A DNA stretch of 64,000 nt. Origin: Candidatus Latescibacterota bacterium (lineage in GTDB: Bacteria; Latescibacterota; UBA2968). The DNA lies in the NCBI GenBank assembly GCA_965204375.1, contig OZ241986.1, forward strand, positions 6,144,001 through 6,208,000, given 5' to 3'. Position 1 is the first letter of the stretch; the number at the start of each line of letters is the position of its first letter. A program made the position numbers and the translations under genes. Positions 19,379-29,190 of this stretch are shown here, one piece after another. Below the pieces are notes generated by a model. That model was not told the origin of the DNA. It was given only the letters and a program-made list of their open reading frames with translations, and did no database searches.

Positions 19379-20891
19379 GTTCCCTTTCTATTATGCGGTT
19401 CCCTATCGTAGCCCAGTCGTTGTGGGTACCAATCGCAATATCGTCGTAATCGGACCGGAATCCACCATAATCCACATCAAGGGGTATCTCCTTTACAATT
19501 GATCCCCTGGGGCGTTTTTTAGGCTCGAACAGCCATGTGCCTACCTGGTCGAGACTGAGCGCGTAGTCCGCCCCACCGATCCCTTTTCTGTCAGATTCCG
19601 AAAGTTCCGAGAGGCGCACCAGATTGGCGAGTTCTTCCAGCACCCATTCGCTATGTGTGGTAATTATAATCCGTATGCCAGAACGCACCGCCGCAGCGAG
19701 ATGCCGGATGAATTCGACTTGCATTCCGGGGTGCAGGTGGGATTCGGGTTCTTCGATGATCAGAACTTCTCCAGGTGAGACGACATGGCGAAGGTACAAT
19801 ACGACGGGTGCGAGTTCCGATACCATGGATGAGGTGTTCATTAGAGGCAAGTCTTCTTTCCACCCTGTTGGTTGGTAAGAAAATACGGGATACCCCGTTT
19901 CTGATTTTTCGTTGCGAATTGAACCACTCAGAATTTCTTTTTCAAGGCGTTGGGTGAGATTTTCATTCAGTCTTTTCCTTCTGCTTGACAAATCGCCTAA
20001 TTCAAGGAGTTGTTCGATGAAGTCTGCGACAACGCCAGAGAGCGCCGGTAATGCCCGTGTGGGATGGATACCTCGCGATGCACCCCGGATCAAAGAACCT
20101 ACAACAACCTTGTGCGCGTGCATAACGCCCGTGCGATCTGCAGGGAGATAATGGGCGGGCTGACTTATTGGATTATCGAAGTAAGAAGCGATGTTCGCAG
20201 AAAGGCCACTCATCAATGTAGCCACAAAAGACTTTCTTTCATCACTATCTGTCCATTTTTGTCCGAACCTTATTTTGCCTTCGGATGCGTCTTGGATATA
20301 CTCCTCAAGAGCGTCTTTTCCGATCTGCAAATTGGTATCGGGAATTGAAGTGGTAAAAGCCTCTTTTGCAATGGTGAATTTATACAATGAACTGTGGTTG
20401 TATTCGGCTTCTGGGGGGACCGGTGAGAGAGTGATCTTAGCACTTTCCTTACTTCCGTAGCGAATAAGTCTTCTGGTCTCGTCAATACCAAAGCACCGCA
20501 TTATTTCGTCGGCAAGATCATTGGCGGGAAGAAGATGACTGAACATAGCACGGATCAGCGACGCAATTTCATCTGGTGGAATAGTAGAAGAATTCCCGTT
20601 CACTTGTGAAACGATTTCGTCTATTCTGCCAATCAAACGCGTGATGTCTTGCCCGTGTATCACGGCCTCATCTGGGAAACTCGGACTGCTAATATAGAAA
20701 AAAGGAGGCTCTTTTCCTTCGTGACTATTAAAAAACTTATGCAGTGCGTAGATCAAAACCGCCAAATAAGACTTTCCCGTATTGCTCGGTCCGACAAATA
20801 CAGTAAGCGGGCGCAGTTCGATTTCTGCATTATAAATCGGTCCAAAGTCTTTGACCGACAGCGTAAGATTTTTATCTTGTGATGTCGCCAT
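19371..20891 (-). CDS. ABC-like ATPase (AAA_15/AAA_21 type)
   Basis: Walker A GPSNTGKS, signature TSSMVSE, Walker B IIEEPESHLHP, TTHS. Confidence 0.88.
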   Translation of the reverse strand: MATSQDKNLTLSVKDFGPIYNAEIELRPLTVFVGPSNTGKSYLAVLIYALHKFFNSHEGKEPPFFYISSPSFPDEAVIHGQDITRLIGRIDEIVSQVNGNSSTIPPDEIASLIRAMFSHLLPANDLADEIMRCFGIDETRRLIRYGSKESAKITLSPVPPEAEYNHSSLYKFTIAKEAFTTSIPDTNLQIGKDALEEYIQDASEGKIRFGQKWTDSDERKSFVATLMSGLSANIASYFDNPISQPAHYLPADRTGVMHAHKVVVGSLIRGASRGIHPTRALPALSGVVADFIEQLLELGDLSSRRKRLNENLTQRLEKEILSGSIRNEKSETGYPVFSYQPTGWKEDLPLMNTSSMVSELAPVVLYLRHVVSPGEVLIIEEPESHLHPGMQVEFIRHLAAAVRSGIRIIITTHSEWVLEELANLVRLSELSESDRKGIGGADYALSLDQVGTWLFEPKKRPRGSIVKEIPLDVDYGGFRSDYDDIAIGTHNDWATIGNRIIEREHE

Positions 20892-20920
20892 TGCTGCCTC
20901 CTCTGTATATCCTGGATGGC

Positions 20921-22618
20921 TTATTGGGCAAGTGTATCTTTACCAGAACTCGACAAGCGCATGTCCTCTATGAGCATTTGCACGCTGGTTCTGCCCTGCC
21001 AGGTATTGGCCTGTAGTGCAAAGGCGAGATCGACGCGGTCGCCCACTGATAATTCGTAAACTCGCTCGCCCTGGCGAAACCAGATTGCATCGCACAGGTC
21101 AGCACCTGTATCTACGGTGAGTTTTAAATGCGCCCCGCGGCTTATGGCGCGTGCATCTGCAATTCGGCAATCGCGAGCTATAAAACGCGGCAACTCGTTT
21201 TTTGCACCAAAAGGTGCCAATTTGTCCAGGGTTTCAACGGTTGTCAGCGAAATATCGGATGGTTTGAGTGCGGCATCGACTTCCAGTTGGGGCGTCAGTG
21301 CTTCCTCTGATAGCCGCGCTTGAGCGTCTGCGATCAACCGGTCTTGAAATTCGAAATAATTTTCAGCGGGGACTGAAAATCCGGCGGCATCGGCGTGTCC
21401 GCCAAATTCGGTGAGCAGATCTGAGACGCGGAAGATCGCCTCGACGATATTGTATCCACCTGCTGTGCGCGCAGAACCCGTATAGATGCCATTTTTTCGA
21501 AAGTTGGTACACACCAGCGCTGGGCGCGAAAATTTTTCGACCAATCGCCCGGCGATCAGTCCGACCACACCCAGATGCCAGTCTTCGCCGCGTACCACCA
21601 GAATGCGATATTGATCCAACCAGTTATCTTCTACCATGCGTTCTGCTTCGGCTATGCCGTCGTTTTGCAGGGTCTGCCTTTCGCCATTTAGACTGTTTAA
21701 TTCTTCGGCGAGTTTTGCCGCCTGTTCCCGGTTTTGACAGCGCAACAAATCGAGTGCCAAATCTGCCGATGATAGGCGCCCGGCGCTGTTGATGCGCGGT
21801 CCCAGGAAGAATCCAATAGAGATCGTGTCAACGGGACGGTTGGTCGTGCCCGCGACGGCTTTGAGTGCCTGCAAGCCCGGGCGTCCGGTGGTATCGAGTA
21901 CCTGCATCCCCTTTCGCGTTAGCAGGCGATTTTCTGCAACCATGGGGGCCATGTCAGCCACAGTGCCCAAAGCGACCAGATCTAAAAGCGAGTTCAAATA
22001 TCGGCGGCGTTCTGAATCGGACAGGAACTCCGATGCCAGAGCCTGTACTACCTTAAATGCCACCCCCACGGCAGCGAGTCCCTTGAAGGGGTATTCGCAA
22101 TCTGCGCGATTGGGGTTCACCAGTGCCAGAGCGTCTGGCAATTTGTCCTGTGGATGGTGATGGTCAATGACTACCACATCAATTCCGGCGTCATTGGCAG
22201 TGTCAACAGCCTCAAAAGCTGAAATGCCATTGTCCGCAGTTACAATGAGTTGTGCTCCTTGTGCGTATGCCGTCTCTACACCCGACGGTTTCATGCCATA
22301 CCCATCTCGGAACCGGTCAGGTAACAAAAATGTGGCATTGGCACCTACCAGATCAAAAAAATCCAACAAGACAGCGGTGCTCGTGACGCCATCTACATCA
22401 TAATCGCCAAAAACGACAATGCGCTCTTTATTGCGAATAGCTTCTGATATGCGTTCTACAATGCGGCGCATGTCTTTCATTAAATAGGGGTCATTCAGAA
22501 TATCGGGAGAATCGGCCAAATCTTCTATTTTTAATGAACGGTTTGTGAGAATAACATCGGCAATAGAATGATAGTCGCCCTTATGGCGTATGTTCCATAT
22601 CGGGTACCTGGGTTCCAT
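20921..22618 (-). CDS. recJ: Single-stranded DNA exonuclease RecJ
   Basis: GDYDVDG, TADNG, IDHH, LGTVAD, PRINSAGR, GSAR, GGH. Confidence 0.95.
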   Translation of the reverse strand: MEPRYPIWNIRHKGDYHSIADVILTNRSLKIEDLADSPDILNDPYLMKDMRRIVERISEAIRNKERIVVFGDYDVDGVTSTAVLLDFFDLVGANATFLLPDRFRDGYGMKPSGVETAYAQGAQLIVTADNGISAFEAVDTANDAGIDVVVIDHHHPQDKLPDALALVNPNRADCEYPFKGLAAVGVAFKVVQALASEFLSDSERRRYLNSLLDLVALGTVADMAPMVAENRLLTRKGMQVLDTTGRPGLQALKAVAGTTNRPVDTISIGFFLGPRINSAGRLSSADLALDLLRCQNREQAAKLAEELNSLNGERQTLQNDGIAEAERMVEDNWLDQYRILVVRGEDWHLGVVGLIAGRLVEKFSRPALVCTNFRKNGIYTGSARTAGGYNIVEAIFRVSDLLTEFGGHADAAGFSVPAENYFEFQDRLIADAQARLSEEALTPQLEVDAALKPSDISLTTVETLDKLAPFGAKNELPRFIARDCRIADARAISRGAHLKLTVDTGADLCDAIWFRQGERVYELSVGDRVDLAFALQANTWQGRTSVQMLIEDMRLSSSGKDTLAQ

Positions 22619-22780
22619 AAAATCTCCAGAGTGGTTGATCAGAGTGAGTATATGCGATCTCTACTTGACTTGAAGTCAATTTGAACGTTAATTTTTGAAA
22701 CCAATATTTCGCTTGAGTATCTCATAGGCAGGACGAAGGGTCACGTTACACCTTCCGCTAACCGCTTTCAGGAGTTTAAA

Positions 22781-23176
22781 ATGTCAGAATATTTCAATAC
22801 AGTCAAATCTTATCTTCAAGACCTCAATCTCGCGGTTGACGAGGAAGATACCGCTGAAGAACTCGTTGTGGTGAGCGACGAAGATCGCGGTGTCAATCAC
22901 CTCATTGTCGATTGCGAAGATCCCATCCTCATTATCGAGCAGGCTATTATGCCCATTCCCAATGTCCCTGGGGATCTGTACAAAAGGTTGCTCGAAATGA
23001 ATCGCACACTCGTCCACGGGGCGTTTGCCCTGGACGATGAAACCGGCACGGTTCTTTTTCGCGATACCCTGCGCCTGGATACGCTTGACCGATCTGAGCT
23101 TGAAGGCTCTATCACCGCGCTCGAACTCGCCTTAGCCGATAATGCCGCAGAATTACTCGAATATAGCCATCAGTAG
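22781..23176 (+). CDS. YbjN/CesT-like chaperone-fold protein
   Basis: LLEMNRTLVHGAFALD...VLFRDTL; acidic 131 aa; precedes PspA. Confidence 0.75.
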   Translation: MSEYFNTVKSYLQDLNLAVDEEDTAEELVVVSDEDRGVNHLIVDCEDPILIIEQAIMPIPNVPGDLYKRLLEMNRTLVHGAFALDDETGTVLFRDTLRLDTLDRSELEGSITALELALADNAAELLEYSHQ

Positions 23177-23228
23177 GGAGCGGGTTGAACTGCTACGCAG
23201 TTGTACATCGCTCAAAACCCGCCCGTAC
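23173..23228. repeat. GTAG REP-like imperfect palindrome
   Basis: GTAGGGAGCGGGTT...AACCCGCCCGTAC with inner AACTGC/GCAGTT hairpin. Confidence 0.55.
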
Positions 23229-23261
23229 AAAAACTGACCATTTTTAAAAAAGGAGTATCTC

Positions 23262-23972
23262 ATGAGCATCTTTCAACGTCTCTTCAGTGTGGGCAAGGCC
23301 GAAGTCCATTCGGCTATTGACAAATTTGAAGATCCGATAAAAATGACCGAACAGGGTATCCGCGACCTGAAAAATGATCTCAATAGCGCGATGACCAGCC
23401 TGGCTGAGGTCAAAGGGCAGGCCATTCGGTTGCGAAAGCAGGCCGAAGACAATAAGAAGGCGTCTGCTGACTGGGAGCGGAAGGCCATGGTTTTGCTCCA
23501 AAAAGCCCAGAGCGGTGATCTGGATGCTGGAGAAGCCGACCGGTTGGCAACGGAAGCCCTCAGTCGCAAATCAGAAGCCGACAGCCGCATCTCTCAGTTT
23601 GAGCAGGATGCCGAGATGCAGGAAGATATGGCAACTAAGCTTCAAAGTCAGGTGGAGAAACTCAAATCTACCATTGCAACACACGAAAATGAACTCATTT
23701 CACTGCGCGCGCGGGCAAAAACAGCCGCTGCGACGAAGAAAATCAACAAGCAGCTCGCCAAAGTCGATTCGTCTGGTACAATTGCCATGCTCGAGCGTAT
23801 GAAAGAACGGGTTGAAGAAGATGAATCGCTCTCGCAGGCTTATGGCGAAATAGCCGGTGAATCCAAGAGCGTTGATGAGGAGATTGACGCGGCACTGAGT
23901 ACTTCATCAAGTGGCACAGATCAACGCCTTGCGGAACTGAAAGCAAAGATGGGGATGACTTCGAAAGACTGA
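23262..23972 (+). CDS. PspA/IM30 family protein
   Basis: MSIFQRL amphipathic helix, EDPIKMTEQGIRDL, long coiled coil, LAELKAKM. Confidence 0.92.
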   Translation: MSIFQRLFSVGKAEVHSAIDKFEDPIKMTEQGIRDLKNDLNSAMTSLAEVKGQAIRLRKQAEDNKKASADWERKAMVLLQKAQSGDLDAGEADRLATEALSRKSEADSRISQFEQDAEMQEDMATKLQSQVEKLKSTIATHENELISLRARAKTAAATKKINKQLAKVDSSGTIAMLERMKERVEEDESLSQAYGEIAGESKSVDEEIDAALSTSSSGTDQRLAELKAKMGMTSKD

Positions 23973-24052
23973 CGCTGGGTGTGCCTGTAGGGGAGACGCT
24001 CGCGCACCCGTTCTATCTGTCGCAGAAGGTTCATGGGTTGCCTGGAGAGAAA

Positions 24053-24610
24053 ATGAATTGGAATCCTTTTAAGAAGAAGAAACAAGAACCCGAAGCTCTC
24101 GATCCCCTCAGTGTTACGCTGTCCGATCTCAAGCTGGGTTATGTCCTCGACTACGATCTCAAAACATGGCAGGTTACAGCGCAGCATTATTACGATTACG
24201 AAGGTGACCGCGTGGATGAATGGGAACTCACCTGCGGCGATGATGTGGCATTTCTCGAGCGGTCAGAAGACGACAGTATTTCCTGGATACTGACGCGCAA
24301 GATCCCCCTTTCCAATGTTGAGGGCGATATTCGTGGGTATATGCGCGATCACGACAATGATGATCCTCCCGATGAAGTTAGATGCCATGGGGTTATGTTC
24401 TATGGCATCTCGTCAGCCGTTGGATCTTTTTACAAAGATGGCGGGGACGAGGGACAGAAGTTTATCATCTGGAATTATCTCGACGAGTCAGAGGAACACA
24501 CCCTATCTATCGAGCAATGGGCTGAAGACGCTTTTGAAGCCGCAGTGGGTGAGTTCGTCGAGGAATATCAATTTAGTAATATTTTGCCGTCAGGAGACAG
24601 TAGTCAGTAG
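24053..24610 (+). CDS. DUF4178-like protein
   Basis: LKLGYVLDY...WQV...DEWEL...LSIEQW; RBS GGAGAG before ATG 24053; Psp context. Confidence 0.7.
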   Translation: MNWNPFKKKKQEPEALDPLSVTLSDLKLGYVLDYDLKTWQVTAQHYYDYEGDRVDEWELTCGDDVAFLERSEDDSISWILTRKIPLSNVEGDIRGYMRDHDNDDPPDEVRCHGVMFYGISSAVGSFYKDGGDEGQKFIIWNYLDESEEHTLSIEQWAEDAFEAAVGEFVEEYQFSNILPSGDSSQ

Positions 24611-24711
24611 TCCGTTGCCGTCCCATCAATCGCCTCAAGCTATTAGCGGTCAGCAATCAGCCAGCCTCTTGTGCTTCTAATCTGCGTCCATCTGCGGATA
24701 TTTTCCCGTCT

Positions 24712-26247
24712 TTACTCAAACCCCCATTCTGATTGCCGATAGTATCGATCTACTGTCGGTTCCATTTCTGTGCTGACCTCAATCGCATGTTTTTCATCAA
24801 ACATGCCCTTCCAGAAGTGCAACATTCCCCGCATTGCTTCTGCATTCAAAAATTGCGTTTCAATATCTTCAAAAGTGAGTTTTTGCATCCGGCGAATGAG
24901 ATCTTCTTTGCTCATTTCTTCGGCTTTCATACCCAATACCCATCCCCAATCTCCCATCGTTGGTATATAAGTGTGATAGGGGATTGTCGAAAAGCCAGCG
25001 TCTGTCATCGTGCGCTCAATGCACAGAAATGCAAGGCGCGCGTTGTGAGGACTCGATGCCTGGGTTACCAGTACGCCATCGGGTGTTAAATGACGCGCAC
25101 ACAGGCGATAAAATTCCCGCGAATACAATCTGGCGAGGTCTGGTCCTTTGGGGTCGGGCAAGTCGATGATGATGATATTGAATAACGCATCTGAACGCGC
25201 CAAGAACGCGCCCGCATCGTCGATTACCACATTTACACGCGGGTCGTCCAGTGCCCGCGCATTCGCTTCCACAAAGACCGGGTGTGTGCGCGCCAGATCG
25301 ATTATCGCTTTGTCTAAATCTACCAGCGTGATTGCTTGTACATCTCCATATTTTACGACTTCGCGCACAGCCAGTCCATCCCCCCCGCCTAAAATGAGTA
25401 TGTTGTTCCGCGATCCCGATAATTGCATGGTCGGATGTACCAGCGATTCGTGATAGCGTTCTTCGTCATAGGTGCTGAATTGTACGTTGCCATTTAAGTG
25501 CAGCCAGTGGTAGCCCTTCCATTCTGTTATGACAATGCGTTGATAAGCGGTCTGGTCTTGATAGACCACGCGGTCGCGATACCGACTTTGTTCACCCCAT
25601 ATTACAATGGGACGGATATAAAGTCCCAGTATCAGAAGGCCCGCGCCCAGGATCCAAAATGCCGTTAGTAGCCATCCGCGACGCGCCAATAAGTGTCGAT
25701 ATTGCCACAGCAATACCGATGCCACGATAAAGTTAATCGCGCCCAATGCCAGCGGTGTGTACGTCAGGCCCAATTCTGGCAACAAAAAAAAGGCGAACAA
25801 TAGTCCGCCGATCAATGCGCCAAAATAGTCTTTTTCCATCACTGAGGCGATGTTGGTGCGCAGATCCTGGTATGCTTCGTTCATGCGCGCTACCAGTGGA
25901 ATTTCCATGCCGATTAGCACGCCGATTGCAAAGGCATAGGTATAGATGAAAACGCCTGCCGATAACGCGAGTACGGATCCAAAATACGCCACAACCGCAC
26001 AGGTGGTGCACAGTGCAGAAAGATAAAATTCGATTGCGATAAAGCGATCCAGCAACCGGTCCGTCAACAATCGGCTCCATCGGCTACCCAGCCCCATGGC
26101 AAATAACATCAGCGACATAAGCACTGCCCACTGCAATGTCGTGTTGCCCAATAGATAGCTCGCCAGCGTTGACAATGTAAATTCGGCTACTATGCCCGCG
26201 CATCCCGTGGCGAATATACAGGCTTTTAAGAGGTAGCTTTGTCGCAT
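24712..26247 (-). CDS. speE: Membrane-anchored polyamine aminopropyltransferase (spermidine synthase)
   Basis: N-terminal TM region; DEERYHE, ILGGGDG, VDLD, IIDLPDP. Confidence 0.88.
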   Translation of the reverse strand: MRQSYLLKACIFATGCAGIVAEFTLSTLASYLLGNTTLQWAVLMSLMLFAMGLGSRWSRLLTDRLLDRFIAIEFYLSALCTTCAVVAYFGSVLALSAGVFIYTYAFAIGVLIGMEIPLVARMNEAYQDLRTNIASVMEKDYFGALIGGLLFAFFLLPELGLTYTPLALGAINFIVASVLLWQYRHLLARRGWLLTAFWILGAGLLILGLYIRPIVIWGEQSRYRDRVVYQDQTAYQRIVITEWKGYHWLHLNGNVQFSTYDEERYHESLVHPTMQLSGSRNNILILGGGDGLAVREVVKYGDVQAITLVDLDKAIIDLARTHPVFVEANARALDDPRVNVVIDDAGAFLARSDALFNIIIIDLPDPKGPDLARLYSREFYRLCARHLTPDGVLVTQASSPHNARLAFLCIERTMTDAGFSTIPYHTYIPTMGDWGWVLGMKAEEMSKEDLIRRMQKLTFEDIETQFLNAEAMRGMLHFWKGMFDEKHAIEVSTEMEPTVDRYYRQSEWGFE

Positions 26248-26287
26248 AAAAAATAACAACTCGGCAGGTGTTCATCCCGCCGAGTTG
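26248..26287 (-). terminator. Intrinsic terminator between the TA toxin and speE
   Basis: Minus strand CAACTCGGC-loop-GCCGAGTTG followed by TTATTTTTT then the speE ATG. Confidence 0.6.
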
Positions 26288-26297
26288 GAGAGAATAA

Positions 26298-26567
26298 TCA
26301 AAGTCGGGAAAGCAAGTTAGTGTATTCTGCATGCGGACCGATCCAGAACCAAACAATCTCTCCATCACTCATGATACCAACTGCTCGATAATTAATATTG
26401 ATACGAGCAGAATAAATCGGTTCCGTGTAGTGAACTTTCTTGAATTGAAGACCGGGATGGTTTGGATTCAGTTTGAAAAACCTGTAGGCTTCCCTCGCCT
26501 GATGTTGAATATCGCTCGGCAATTTTGCAAGCATCTGACGAAAGCGTTTTGTCGTTTTTGAATTCAC
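26298..26567 (-). CDS. RelE/ParE-superfamily toxin
   Basis: HPGLQFKKV, YSARININYRAVG, WFWIGPHAEY; GTG start overlaps antitoxin stop. Confidence 0.8.
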   Translation of the reverse strand: MNSKTTKRFRQMLAKLPSDIQHQAREAYRFFKLNPNHPGLQFKKVHYTEPIYSARININYRAVGIMSDGEIVWFWIGPHAEYTNLLSRL

Positions 26568-26782
26568 ATTTTTTCGGGATCTAATTCTCGCGTCTGACCG
26601 CTACGATGCTCAGCAAGTGCTTCAGCAGCCAGCTTGGATAACACATCCTGAGAGTTGGCAAATAACTCATCCCATCGTCTTTCGGATTCAAGTTCGGCAA
26701 GCAACCAATCTGCCAGTGCATCCTGCTCATTACGTGGCAGTTTGGATGCTTTGACGAATGCGTGTTCAAGTCGTGTTGTCAT
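26564..26782 (-). CDS. Putative antitoxin
   Basis: MTTRLEHAF...EQDALA...ESERRWDELF...LAAEALAE; directly upstream of the toxin. Confidence 0.75.
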   Translation of the reverse strand: MTTRLEHAFVKASKLPRNEQDALADWLLAELESERRWDELFANSQDVLSKLAAEALAEHRSGQTRELDPEKM

Positions 26783-26795
26783 AAACTCCCTCTTT

Positions 26796-27641
26796 TCACA
26801 AACTCCATACAATCAGGAACGAAGCACCCACATAAGATGTGGCTTCGATGAAGCCCGCGGCTAAATTGGGGTGTTCTTGATTGGCGATTTCGTCGGTCAG
26901 TTTTTGTCCGGGCAAGAGGATCACATCGGAGATGAAACGGGCGATGGGTAGCAATATCAATCCCACAACCACCTCAATCGCAAAATCCTGCAGGTTCACA
27001 GCCCAGGAAATAAAATCGCCCGCCGATGCGTGAAACACGATGACGCCAATGCCGATCAGTGCGCCCGCAAACGCGACGCCTGCCGCGACGTTGTCTTTTT
27101 CGATTTCATCGTGAATACTATATGGGGTAATCCATTCGTACACCAGCCCGGCCAGTACCAAGGCAGCCTGACCCAATGCCCAGAAAATTACTGTTGTCAC
27201 AATTCCGCCTATTTCACCCGATACCGCGCCAAAGATTACCAATCCCGTTGCGATATACGACGCGGCGATTACGACACCCGTGCCCGCGTTTTGATCGTCG
27301 ATCAATTCATCCCGAATTTTGAATCCGTGTAAGATCAATCCGTCGTTGACCAGACGAGACAGATTTAGCAAGATGATTGCCAGCAATCCGTATATGCCGA
27401 TGTCGATCAAATCATTTTCCAATCCCTGAGATGGCCCGGACAAGGTGCCGCCAATGGCCATGATCAATCCGAAGTAATATCCCGCCATGGCTACACCCAG
27501 TGCGACGTTGTCTTTTTCGACCAGTTCTTCCCGCACGCTGTAACTCGTTGTCGTCAAGTCTTTGACCAATTTGCCGATCCAGAATAATACAAACGCGCTG
27601 ATGAGATAAATACCCGTTGCGATTAAGTCCTGTACTATCAT
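26796..27641 (-). CDS. DUF350 membrane protein (repeated domain)
   Basis: Four E-x3/4-N-x-A-x-G repeats (ELVEKDNVALG, ELIDDQNAGTG, EIEKDNVAAG, EIANQEHPNLAAG). Confidence 0.82.
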   Translation of the reverse strand: MIVQDLIATGIYLISAFVLFWIGKLVKDLTTTSYSVREELVEKDNVALGVAMAGYYFGLIMAIGGTLSGPSQGLENDLIDIGIYGLLAIILLNLSRLVNDGLILHGFKIRDELIDDQNAGTGVVIAASYIATGLVIFGAVSGEIGGIVTTVIFWALGQAALVLAGLVYEWITPYSIHDEIEKDNVAAGVAFAGALIGIGVIVFHASAGDFISWAVNLQDFAIEVVVGLILLPIARFISDVILLPGQKLTDEIANQEHPNLAAGFIEATSYVGASFLIVWSL

Positions 27642-28369
27642 TTTCCAAACCCTCCAAAACTGCGGCTGCCAAATCCAGATCGGCTGCGACTCGTTGAACG
27701 CGAACTGCCAAATCCACTACGGCTCTGGCTCGCGCGACTTTGCACTTTTTGTGTGAACGATTGTCTCTTTTGCGCTATGTTTGCCTGGCGCCGCTGGAAT
27801 GTCGATGGTTTTTGTTTCTGTGTTACAGATCCCTGCGTGCCATATTCCCGATTGCGCCCGTAATACGGACGTTGATCTCGACGATAAGACCGATAATCGT
27901 CGTAATCGTAGCGACTCATGCCAAATCCACCGCCCCAACCGAGCAAATGACTCATGAGCGCGTATTGGCCGTAGAATTCCCAGAATGATGTGCCTCCGCG
28001 ATCCGTCCAACGCCCGTAGCTCGGATTGCCCACATAGTGGTATCCGGGGGGGTGTGGCGTGTTGTTGACGCCATCTTGCTCCGATTTGGCAACCAGCGCC
28101 ATTCCCAAAAATGGTTCGTATTTTCGATAGATGGATTCCGATACTTCTATCCAGTCTGATTGTACCTTTTTTTCTCCCTGTGTTATTAGATACCGGTGAT
28201 AATACGTGGTGAAGAGAGTGCCTTCTTCGCGTATGTCATCCAGTACAATCATATACGCCGGTGCCGAGGCCAGCGATTTTTGCATTTCAACGACAGGATC
28301 GCGTTCGCCGCCGCACCCAGACAATAACAATAGGCCGATTAGCAAGATCGGCAATCGTTCTCGTGTCAT
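27638..28369 (-). CDS. Lipoprotein with Ser/Arg/Gly-rich tail (YjfM/DUF1190-like role)
   Basis: Lipobox LSGC; tail SRSGFGSSRSTSRSRSGFGSRSFGGFGK; ATGA overlap with DUF350. Confidence 0.7.
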   Translation of the reverse strand: MTRERLPILLIGLLLLSGCGGERDPVVEMQKSLASAPAYMIVLDDIREEGTLFTTYYHRYLITQGEKKVQSDWIEVSESIYRKYEPFLGMALVAKSEQDGVNNTPHPPGYHYVGNPSYGRWTDRGGTSFWEFYGQYALMSHLLGWGGGFGMSRYDYDDYRSYRRDQRPYYGRNREYGTQGSVTQKQKPSTFQRRQANIAQKRQSFTQKVQSRASQSRSGFGSSRSTSRSRSGFGSRSFGGFGK

Positions 28370-28414
28370 AGTCTCCTCCAAAAAAGATATTCACATCGCT
28401 TTTGTGGATCTTAC

Positions 28415-28855
28415 TTATTCGACATCAGAATCTTCTTCATCTATTTTCGACTTGATTTGCTGATCTTCGAAACCCCAAAAATCCGATGGTTTCAGAATTG
28501 GGATATTTTCAAAATATTCGAGATCAAGTAAGTCCTTATCACCTGAAATCAAACAGTCTGCCTGTGCTTGTTGCACACTTAAAAGCACATTATTATCATC
28601 TACATCCCGTGATACGGATGGCAGCGTTCCTTCTAATAGGAAGTGTTCACTAATTTCCAGTATCCAAGATTCGACTTCTCGAATACGATCTGGCGTGTAT
28701 TTAAATCGAGTTGCGAGTTTCTCTGTAACTTCGTCTAAAATCCAGTCAGATATCACCAATTGATGCGTACTTAAACAATAATCAATAAGTTCAGCACAAG
28801 CACCTCGTGTGATTAATCCAGCAATCCAGACATTTGTATCCAGCAAAATTCTCAA
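28415..28855 (-). CDS. PIN-domain toxin (VapC-like)
   Basis: ILLDTNVWI, RDVDDNNVL, ISGDKDLL. Confidence 0.88.
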   Translation of the reverse strand: MRILLDTNVWIAGLITRGACAELIDYCLSTHQLVISDWILDEVTEKLATRFKYTPDRIREVESWILEISEHFLLEGTLPSVSRDVDDNNVLLSVQQAQADCLISGDKDLLDLEYFENIPILKPSDFWGFEDQQIKSKIDEEDSDVE

Positions 28856-29070
28856 GAAATTCTCCTAAATACATCTTCATCTGTATAAACGCCCTGAGCT
28901 TGTGCTTGAGGAATCATCACACGCCTGAGTCGCTGAAATTCCTCTCTTTGAAGATATTGCCGAAGAGCTTCGCTTACCACTTCGTTGTGAGTGATCTGGG
29001 CAGTCTCAACCATTTGGTCCAATCGTGTACGCAACGAACCAGGTAAACTAATCTGAATCGTATCTTTCAT
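28852..29070 (-). CDS. Ribbon-helix-helix antitoxin (CopG-like)
   Basis: TIQISLP...VVSEALRQYL; overlaps the toxin start. Confidence 0.82.
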   Translation of the reverse strand: MKDTIQISLPGSLRTRLDQMVETAQITHNEVVSEALRQYLQREEFQRLRRVMIPQAQAQGVYTDEDVFRRIS

Positions 29071-29190
29071 AACGTCCTCCTAAAAATAAGATACGTCAAT
29101 CTCGACTTTGTGCAACAGCATATTTAACAATCTACTACGTCGTACTTATGCGTGCCAGTCTGTCTATGCTGGGATGCTGTTGTCCTGTAG

